Of a stretch of DNA of 64,000 nt, positions 55,001 to 64,000 are shown piece after piece. This DNA comes from Zygnema circumcarinatum SAG 698-1b. Taxonomy: Eukaryota > Plantae > Zygnematophyceae. Position 1 is the first letter of the stretch; each line of letters starts with the position of its first letter. Position numbers and translations under genes: made by a program. Location of the stretch: contig CM074807.1 of the NCBI GenBank assembly GCA_037447605.1, positions 868,001 to 932,000 of the forward strand. Reading direction: 5' to 3'. The notes under the pieces are model-generated. The model searched no databases, had not been told where the DNA came from, and worked only from the letters and a program-made list of their open reading frames with translations.

Positions 55001-55503
55001 GAAAATGCTTTTCTTCCAGGTTTCCTTTATTTACCCCTAGATACGAAAACCCCAAACGTTTCTTCGATATGTCGGCCGAAACATGTCCTGCTAGCGATTC
55101 ATGATTTTCCTTCTCGCGTTCAGCATTTCAAAAAAAAAAAGAAACACACCGTAATCATTGATGAATTTTTTATGGCGATCGAGTGCGTTCAGTCCCAATA
55201 TATTGTCACGGAAGTACCTGCATAGAATGTTCTGATCAAGGACCAACATTGAGAATAAGCAATTACGAAAGGACACCCTAAAATCCCTTCAACTACATCT
55301 TCCAACTTAGCTTTTGAAAAGCCCTGCTTTTAGAAATAAAAATTCAAACCCCAAAAAGGATTCTAAAATTTTAAACTGCAAATAAATCTAATCTCTAATA
55401 ATGCTTTCTGGAGCTGTGATTCGGGCGGGAATGCGGTTGCAGGATACTGCCGGCGGTGCTGCCGCTCAAAGACTTCACTTCTCAGCGCCGTGAAGGCCGC
55501 CAT
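52003..55503 (-). CDS. FRA10AC1: Folate-sensitive fragile site protein FRA10AC1 homolog (spliceosome-associated); about 10 exons, first 55503-55448 and 55217-55150
   Basis: MAAFTALRSEVFER..., GLNALDRHKKFINDYV, RFIRSEEDD...WEQRLAKKYYDKLFKEYCLADM, IGLRWRTEKEVVVGKGQFICG, SYEVNFAYKEAG...ALVKLRVCP, C-terminus EEEFDEYFKGMFL*. Confidence 0.93.
53180..53181 (-). other. GC 5' splice site in FRA10AC1 (GAG|GCATGT)
   Basis: The conserved LHSYE|VNFAY junction needs phase 0. The nearest GT (GTGGGG) would be phase 1. Confidence 0.75.
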
Positions 55504-56000
55504 GGCGCGGTGCCGAAGAGATTCCTTAGAGATACGACCGATAATCTTTAGAGAGAGACTTTCAGATTCAGGATGCTCTCCAGTCGGAGTTCATGAGCGC
55601 GAAGATTCTTAAATAGAATCGTCTTAAGGAGCCACGAAGGAGACATACAATGCTGAAGAGCAGGACTTCTACTGCTTCCTGCGATAGAAGCAAGTGAAGC
55701 TCTGGGCAGCTTGTAACATTTGCTGGGCAGGTGTTAGGCTTAGGGCTAGTATCGTGCACATCCCGATATCGATATGCATACCTCATTGATGTTATATCTC
55801 GATACGGTACTATGACGATCGGAACCACATATCGACATTGTAGTCCGGGGAATACCGTCAATATTCAATTGACTCCGAATCGAGGCGTATCGAGATATCT
55901 GGCTGAGCTCTCCCTCCCTCCCCCGGAGGCCAGCCATGGAGGGGTGAGAGCAGGAGAGGGGCGGCTCCGGAGCGGAGAGAGGGAGGGAGGGACGGCCGCC

Positions 56001-59000
56001 ATGGAGGAGCGCGGTCTGCAGGTGCAGCAGTGGCTGGAGGTGGGAGGCAACACCAAGCGTGAGCTCGTCTTCTTCTCTGCTTCCGAGCGGAGCGCCGTGC
56101 AGGTAATGAAGCGGCGGGGCATTGAAATGAAAATGGAAGTCGAAGGAGTAGGGAAGGGGGATATTGAACGTTAGGGCCTGTGCGAGTGTTGATACTCAGT
56201 TCTCTTAAGCTTGTGGTGGTGAGGTATTCGGGGCAAGAGTTACAGAAATGGTTGTGAAGTCTAAGCCTTTTCTTAATCCACTTATCGCTTTTGAGAGTGA
56301 AGAATTTTAGGGCTCTAAGGCTAGTATTTTTAGGGTTTAAAAGGAAATTTAAATTTGAAAGTGGCTTGTCAAATTGTTATGGGAAATGCAGGTCCGGGTG
56401 TTGCGTGACATGCGAGCAGTGCCGCAGCGACTAAAAGACAGCTTCATGAGCCGCTTTTTCCCGGTCAATTATCCTCACAGGCAGGCTTCAACCTTCGTGT
56501 TCATGCTTTATCTTAATACTGCCATGTGAATGTGCATATTGTCAGTTTCATACGATACACCTTTTGGTATAAAGAAACGGCCGTGAATTACGCTATCGTA
56601 AGGAATTTGCACTGCACAAACAAAACTACGCAAGGCAAAATACAAAACCAAGTAATTCGTCGAAATTTAGGAATTCAAGCAGCAAGTGTAGTAGTGTGTA
56701 GTGTAGTTCATTTTTCTCTATCGTTGATCATTTCAACCTCTTCTACGTTGGAAATTACGAAGCACAAAACCTCCTTTCTTGACACATTTGGCATGGCTGT
56801 ACAATCCCGCAGTGTCTCAGAGGGCTACGGGACGTATTCCAAGTACCGCGCCATACAACATTTCGTGAGTGCCATTCTTGGCGTGCTTTCTACACAGGTC
56901 CGTACATGCCTCTGAACGTTTTTTTCTCCTGCCTTGGATCTATAAACGTCTGCCAAAAGAGTCACACGCACTTTCATCTCCTACGGCAATGAGAGAAGTT
57001 TTACATTGCTCCTGCTGTTATGAATACCCTGAAAAGTCCTCTGAGAATTGAAAGTGAACTCCGCCTAAACCCTGTCCCTTTGGTGGTCCGTTTATTATTA
57101 GCTGCTAGCTGAGAATGTTTTGTTTTGGCTGTAATGTTCAACTTCATTTCCTACTTCATTTCCTCCTTTTCCTTTCCTCTTCCCACTTCCCTTGTAAGGC
57201 TTCTTTATCCTTTTCCCTTTCGGTTCTAGTCACTTCCACTTCCCCTGCTCTTATTTTTCTCTTCAATTTTACCGTCTCCTTGTCTGTTTCTTGCTCTACG
57301 CCCTCCCACTCTTACCTCCACCGTGCATTTTGTATATCTGGACATCTCTACAACTGTGAATTCTGTACTCCTTACCCTTCTTTTTCCCCATCTCCAACTT
57401 CTCTTTCCGACCAGTACCCACTGTCAGCAACCCTCCTCCCTTCCCTCTCCTAATGTTTCTCATATCCTCTTCCTGCTCTGTACGGCCTCCTCCTGCAGTC
57501 CCTCCTTTTTGCTGCGGGCCTTCGACCAACTCCTGCACAGGCCACCATTGTCAGCTGGGTATGTATGTCCATGATCTCCTTTTTGCCCTTCCTAAGTGAG
57601 CTCGAATCAATGTTAGCTAGAACATCCTCTCTTGAACTAACAACTCTGTGAGCATGCATGCATGCATGCAGGTTTTGAAGGATGGCATGGGCCATGTCGG
57701 GAAGCTCCTTTGCAGCAGCCTTGGAGCTCGTATGGATGCCGAGCCCAAACGATGGCGGATTTTTGGTTAGTAGAGAGGAGAATTTCCACTATACTACACG
57801 AGCATTCAGTATTTGTGTACCTGTTGAGTTCTTTTGTTTCATATTACGTGGTCGTCTGCTCTAACGCTTCTATGCTCTGCCAAAAGTTGGTCCTCCCGAG
57901 AGTTTCCTTTTCTCCCCCTTTCTTTTTTGTGTGAAGAACTTTCCAAAGAAACTGTTGTTTGAGAACGCTCCCTCCTTCTCAGTTCTGTCCTCCCAACTCT
58001 TTCCCTTCCTATCTTCTATCCCCTGCCTCGTCTATTGCTCTCCTCCGCTCTTACCTTCTCCGTCTCCTTCTCTTCGTTCTTTTGTTCTTAACTACTGCCT
58101 GCATTTGAATCTGGGATTGCAGCCGATATCATGTACGACGTTGGCGCTGGACTAGAAGTCATATCGCCACTTTGCCCACAGCAGTTTCTTGGAGTTGCAG
58201 GAATGGCCAACCTTGCCAAGGTATGTAAACAGAGAACAGAGAGGAATAATGAATACCAGCACAAAGCAATGCTCCTAATCAATGCCTCTTTAAACCCATT
58301 TGCTGTCTCTTTATCTTCAAGTGGTTAACCTGTTTCGATGTTGAAATGTCAACAGATTGTAGTGACTTGCATCTTCCTGAAGCCACTTAGAACAACTGCA
58401 TTATCTCCCTTGGGTGCTGCAGGGGATGGCTTTGGTTTCTGCCCGAGCTACTCGACTGCCTATCTACGCATCCTTTGCGAAAGAAGGGAATTTAAGTGAT
58501 TTGTATGCCAAGGGAGAAGCCATCTCTGTGCTTAGCAATATCCTCGGCATGGCGGTTGGAATTCGCCTTGCAGCTTCTGTGTGCTCCTCCACTCAGAGCA
58601 AGGTGGGCCCACAATACAACTCGCAGTGTTCACAACGATTGGTGATTCAGAAAACTCGCAATTACTCGGTTTCCTGCTAACAGGAAGGTTGGGACCTGTT
58701 TGGCAGCTTCTATTGGCCCCAATTTTGTCAGGAATCCACATCTATTGTGTGGCTACCGAAATGCGAGCAGCTCCTGTGAATACTCTCAATGCTCAGCGAA
58801 CTGCCATGCTTGTGACGGACTATCTGAAGGTGAGTAGTTGATACCTTCATGCTGCCAGCTTCTTTTTCACACCCTCCTGCATATTCCGTTTGGAAAAGGG
58901 ATTGTTTAATTCTAACACCTTGGTATGGCTTTCAGAGAGACACCATATCTACCCCGGTAGAGCTGCGTTACAGGGAGCGTCTCATTTTGCCTTCTGGGCT

Positions 59001-59301
59001 TCATCCAGCTGCTGGGAATGTGAGGGTAGGAGCACCTCTTAGGAAGGCTATAGGAAATCCCTCAAAGCTCGGAATACTGAAGAGGCGGTTTGCAGGCGAG
59101 CGGTTTCTCCTCTGCTTTTCTGAGAACTGTACCGACCTTGTTCTGCATAGAGATGCTACTGGGGAAGATGCAGTGAGAGGATGGCTTTTAGCTGCTTGTG
59201 TCGATGAGATTGCCAAGGAGTCAACTGCAGATGTGTTGCAGAGACGTGAGGGGGAGATGGGAGGGGGCGGGAGCTGGAGTGGCAGCGGTGATAGTGGTAG
59301 C

Positions 59302-59338
<37 letters not shown>

Positions 59339-59727
59339 ATAGTAGTAGTGTTAGTGCAGCAGCTTTAAAAGGTAAGGATAGCGGAAAGAGTAGGAGGGCG
59401 CTATTGGCCTCAGAATCGCATGCGGAAGGTAAGGCTAGAAGCAGGAAGAGAGAGTGGCAGCAGGAGGTGAAGCAGACATGGGATCAATTTACAGGGACTG
59501 TGGGAGGAGGAAAGGAAGACGAGCGTCTGAAGGACCTTGGGCTCAGAGTGAGTGGAAATTTGCCTGGAAACCATCTTCTAAAAGGAGCTCAAGCAAAGGA
59601 AGTAGTGTTGGATGACGCTTTCAAGTGCTTAGACTCCCTCTTGCCGCCACTTTTGGAAGGGCTGAGAGAACATGGATGGCACACCCACCTCTTTCTAGAA
59701 GGGTCCGGAGTTCGTGCCATGTGGTAG
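56001..59727 (+). CDS. RUS2: Root UVB sensitive 2 / WXR1-like DUF647 protein; exons 56001-56102, 56392-56480, 56813-56897, 57499-57558, 57672-57765, 58123-58220, 58423-58602, 58707-58829, 58936-59727
   Basis: FFPVNYPHSVSEGY, VLSTQSLLFAAGLRPTPAQAT, LKDGMGHVGK, MDAEPKRWR, ARATRLPIYASFAKEGNLSD, PVNTLNAQRT. All phases are consistent. Confidence 0.93.
56481..56482 (+). other. GC 5' splice site in RUS2 intron 2 (CAG|GCAGGC)
   Basis: The conserved YP-x-SV junction requires the exon to end at 56480 (phase 2), where the intron begins GC. Confidence 0.75.
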
Positions 59728-60471
59728 GCCTTGAAGGTTAGGGTGTGTGCAAGGTGGCAAAATGGGAGGGACGCCGACTTCAATTGTTTAAATCTCATTT
59801 CAATTCGATCGTAGCCATTGTTTGCGTGATGTCATTGTAATAATTTGGAGGTCTTGTTTTCACATTTTTTACCTTGTAGAGCGGTGCCACCTAGCCATGA
59901 AACCTAAACAGGAAGCGAGCATGCATCAGAGGGCTGATGAACCATACAGGCGTTTTGTATGAGAACAGCCGTTACGCTTCTGGAGGTTGAATATGTCACA
60001 GCAACTGGTGTAATTTCGACATCAAGAAACATAGTCAAAGTGATCACCGACCCAATTGACCGACTCGCCGTTTGCTGAACGGGAAAGTCTCATGATTGTA
60101 TCCGGCTCAAAACTAAGAAAGAAAGAAAAAAAAAAAAAAAAAAAAAACACAAAGGAGCGGAACAACTATTTAATAAATGTCTCGTTAAGATGCACCTCTG
60201 AAGAACCTCAAGCCACATCACATTCAATCCTTTCCTACGGTTGGGTGGTCGAGGCCCTCACTCCCTCCTATAAAAACTGAGCATCCAGTTCTCCTCATTT
60301 TTACACGCATCAGCTTCAAACGATGTTTGTGCATAACGAGGAAATATCCATGGAGAGAGAGAGAAAGGAAAATGTTGACTATTGAGCGGATTTTCGTTCG
60401 AACTCGTGAGAGCTGCTTTAGGTTCTGCTATGTAGGCGCTGAACGAGCATGGCCATCTTCTAGAGACCGCT

Positions 60472-63400
60472 TTACTCGTGGTTTTCGATGCGCCGGACGA
60501 GCATGGGCATGCCGTGGGAGGGACGGAGCGTGATTAGCGCCTGCGTGCTGTGCTTGAACCCGGGCGCTAAACTCCATGAAAAGTCCCTCAGGATGTGGGC
60601 CAGCACGATCTTGGCCTCCGTCATGGCGAATGCCTGCCCTACGCAGTTGCGTGGTCCGTTGCTGAAGGGGAAGAACGCTATAGGGTCTTTGCAAGCACCG
60701 GCCACGCCTTCTGGAAAAAGGCTTTCACAGAAAAAAGAGTGAGACTTGAGAGGGTGGTTACATTTCCCTTCGAGCAATTCGACTGTATGCGAAGCAATCG
60801 CTTGTCATTCTCGAGGATCCAGAGAGTCTTTTTATGAAGTAAAGATTCGTTTCACTCAAAAACAAGTGATGGTGAGTCATTTGCATTCTGGGCATTGCAA
60901 TACTGCTTTGCGGAAATAAGAGTTTCGTGTAGAAAGTGAACTAGGAGTGGTTGTTGCCCGTAAGAAAACAGTTTTTAGGGATTTTAGGGTTTTGAAAACC
61001 TGCGAATCGTTCTGGTCTGAAGGTGTCTGCGTCCTCCCCCCACAGGTCCTTTTTGCGATGGATGTGAATGATTGGTAGGACGATGCCGGTTCCTTTTGGA
61101 ATGCTGTAGGGTCCAAGTTTCATGTCCTGAAATGCGACAACAGAGAGCATGTAGAGCTTAGACTTCGCAAGAGGATATACCACCTTGAAGTTCACGAGTC
61201 GCAATTCTAAAAAGGCCTCTGGGCTTTAAAGGATTCCACTTGAAAGTGGGTTCATTTCCACCATAACTGTACCTTCTGTATCGCTCGAATGATTGTGGGG
61301 ACGGGGGGGAACAGCCGCAACGATTCCATGAGCACCATCTGATGCTCTTTGAGAGAGGCAGCCTTGCTCCAATCTGCCTCCCCACTGTTCGACCATATGA
61401 CGGAGTTCGCTTCCGCCCGCAGTCGACCCTGCCACTCAGAATGCTGCGCGAGGAGGTACATAGACCACGTCACCAGTTGGCTCGTCGTCTCATGACCTGC
61501 CAGAAGAAGAAGGAGAAGAGAAGGAAGAAGGGAGGGAAATGGGTACTGAGTTTGGGGTGTACTCTTTCTCACTGTCTAGAGAGTGTCCGAATACTTAAAC
61601 TGAATTATTTCAATGCCATTCTTTGATGAGAAACCCCTGAACCCCAACCGCCATCCAAGGCTCCCCATGCATACCGGCTTATCCTGAAACGGTGTAACGA
61701 CACATGATGATGATGTTTGCGTTGCTCACAGCTGAAGGCGAGCTATTGCGTTACAATCGGTAGCTTTGCAGATCCAGTCTATCACAATAATAATCAATCA
61801 CTACAAGGAAGCTGTGATGTGCTCTCTGTCATGTTATTGAGGACATGTATCCACTTCCAAAACGAGAAAGTCACCCACCAGCAAGGAGGATGGTGATGCA
61901 CTCATCCATAAGCTGCTCGTTAGTCATCCCTTGGTTGGTCTCGCCGTCTGTAGCCATCAGCATGCTTGCCAAAATGTCGTCTCCCACCACTCCCTGCCAT
62001 CGCAATGACAACCACAGAGACAAGAGTGTGTTGGCCTGACTTCGGGTTTTGAAATTTCTCAAACTATGAACTTGTCTCCAAATATTTTCAATCGCAACAT
62101 CGCAAAGTAATGCAGTTCGTTGCATGCGATAGTCCTTTGTGTGAAGAGAGCCAAAGCAGCGAAATTCTGGGTTTACAATCCATTGGAGTACCTTGGCTTG
62201 GGCTTCTCGCCGCTTCTGAATAAGCTCAAGTGTGAGTGTACGGATTTTGCGCTCGTTCACTCTGATGGTGCGAACCAAGCCAATAGGCAGATGCCTGGCA
62301 ATACAGCAAAGTACCCATCTGAGAAATTCTGAAAAGTTTGAATGCAAAAGCTTATTGAAACCCTGTAAACCTTAAAAACCCATGGCTTATATATGAAGTG
62401 TAGCCGAAAGCATGGTCTGAACAATAATGGATTGATGGCTCACTTGAAGAATGGAAGAAATACGTAACCTCGAAGGACACACTCTATTGTGGCCTCCAAT
62501 ATATTAGCAACTGCCTCATAAATTTCACGTGCTTGCTCGGTACCGCCACTAATGTCGGCCCCGAAAGCCGACCGTCCGATAATCTCAAGTGTCAAAGCAG
62601 AAAGCGCTTGCTGTACATCGATCTCTGCGAGGCCGTTCGATGTTCTCACCTTCTCCTTCCACGAGTCCATGCCTTTCTGTGAGATAGATGCCATCAGTTG
62701 GAGCACATCCTGCAAGTGTCATTGCCGCCCGTTTGCGTTGGTCAAAGCCTGAATGAAAAAAAGGAATTATCCCCAGAGCGACGAGTCTGACCAGCAAGAT
62801 CATCGTCCCCAGAGATTCAAGGATGTTGCACATTTCTTTAACAAAAGGAATTGCAGATCCTGAAAACAATTTATCCCCCAAGGAAAAAAAATGAGATTCA
62901 AGTCGAGTATTGGAGTGTGGAGTCCGGGTAAACTTGGGTCAATGAGCATGTGTACCTTGATTTGGCGGTGACCAAACGAAGGCGTTATCATGCGGCGATT
63001 TCGAGCCCAAAGTGATCCGTTGGAATTGATGAGGCCATTGCCGATGATGCCGAGGAGGACAGTTTGCTGAGTGTCCTTCGGCCAATCTTGCGGGTTTCCC
63101 ATCAGCACCTGCAACTCCACATACAGCCAACAAAGGAGACGGGGGGACAACGTTGAGAGAGTGAAAGATGATCGAATTATGCAAGCGTGTGCAGAAGGTG
63201 TTTAGAGAAGAGTGTCTTTCAAGCCGGCTTTAGTGAGTGGAGAGGGGGAGGGGAGGGGAGGGGAAGGGGAGGCGAGGGAGAGGGAGAGGGAGAGGGNNNN
63301 NNNNNNGGGAGAGGGAGAGGGAGAGGGAGAGGGAGAGGGCGAGGGAGAGGGAGAGCGAGAGGGAGAGGGAGAGGGAGAGAGTGGAGGTGGGGTTCAATTA

Positions 63401-63855
63401 CCTGGCGAACAAGTGCAGGGTCGGTGACAGTCAACCGAGCGAGAGGCCCCAGGCAAAATCCAAAAATAGACCCATACTTCTTCTCGTCCACTCGAAACTT
63501 GTCCACAAACTTCTCATCACGCTCGCCAGGCTCAGTGCCTACCGCTGCATAAGCGAGCGCACGGCGATACTCGGGGAGCTGTCCTATAAAAGGTCTGCAA
63601 CTTGTTTACCTCGATGTCAGCTATAGCAGCACAATTCCTAAAACTCCAAACATCCCGAATTCACAGAGGCTACAGCTCAGACAGAAAGAAAGGTAGAAAC
63701 GCTTGCCTGAACGGCATGCACTGAATGCCTTGTCGACTAACGTTGCGAAGGATGCTGTAGGGCCGCCACACGGCCATGAAGGCAGCGTAAAGCACGCCTG
63801 CAAGGGCGGCCGTCAACCCGATCCATGCGACATCCGCCGCCGTTATGAGGTCCAT
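60472..63855 (-). CDS. Cytochrome P450, CYP72-clan-like, 9 exons (first 63855-63707, 63594-63402)
   Basis: N-terminal TM anchor, I-helix [10 protein letters not shown]-helix [14 protein letters not shown], heme motif [22 protein letters not shown]. The GVAGACKDP and TLRPSHG stretches are typical of the CYP72 clan. The frame is intact across all junctions. Confidence 0.9.
63297..63306. other. Assembly gap (N10) inside a (GAGAGG)n tract in P450 intron 2
   Basis: N run; the flanking exons join in frame, so no coding sequence appears lost. Confidence 1.
63705..63706 (-). other. Probable GC 5' splice site of P450 intron 1 (AG|GCAAGC)
   Basis: Strong GC-donor consensus in the required phase 2. 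A weak GTTTCT donor 6 nt further on is an in-phase alternative. Confidence 0.55.
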
Positions 63856-64000
63856 AAGAAGCGGTCCTCACTTTAAAAAAGCCGCAACCGGAAGCGAGGA
63901 TCTGCAAGCAGTTTCAAGCGCCGCCGATCTCTGTCGGCCTCGCGATTATATGCAGCTGCGTCCTCGTTCTGTCGCAACCTACGACTTGAATTTCGATTCT

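Noticed and set aside
59301-59335. (AGT)n repeat
   Set aside because: An ordinary poly-Ser insertion within the last RUS2 exon.

Overview
This is a gene-dense, intron-rich eukaryotic window of about 50% GC. By inference from gene content it comes from a streptophyte (charophyte-grade) alga or similar early-diverging green plant. No prokaryotic features, CRISPR arrays, rRNA or tRNA were seen. I rebuilt spliced genes by hand from GT/GC-AG boundaries and recognisable motifs: the 5' part of a PPK1 polyphosphate kinase with a transit-peptide-like leader (-), an RBL9-type rhomboid lacking the catalytic Ser (+), an unrecognised orphan gene with a five-fold tandemly amplified last exon (+), an MEE44/At4g00060-like nucleotidyltransferase (-), a plastid-type type-11 methyltransferase (+), DNA polymerase alpha catalytic subunit (-), a GT106/O-fucosyltransferase-family glycosyltransferase (-), an algal-type class I fructose-bisphosphate aldolase (+), FRA10AC1 (-), RUS2 (+) and a CYP72-clan P450 (-). 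The least explained part is the ~8.5 kb accessory island at ~7.3-15.9 kb. It holds the orphan gene, a 566-bp element with perfect 28-bp TIRs, GTAC, GTCGCA/TGCGAC and G-box/C-box motif arrays, and telomere-like inverted repeats. Other notable points are four inferred GC-AG introns, a recurrent TTTTTAGGG telomere-like variant, and an assembly gap that appears to hide the nucleotidyltransferase catalytic exons. Family assignments come from remembered motifs, not database searches.
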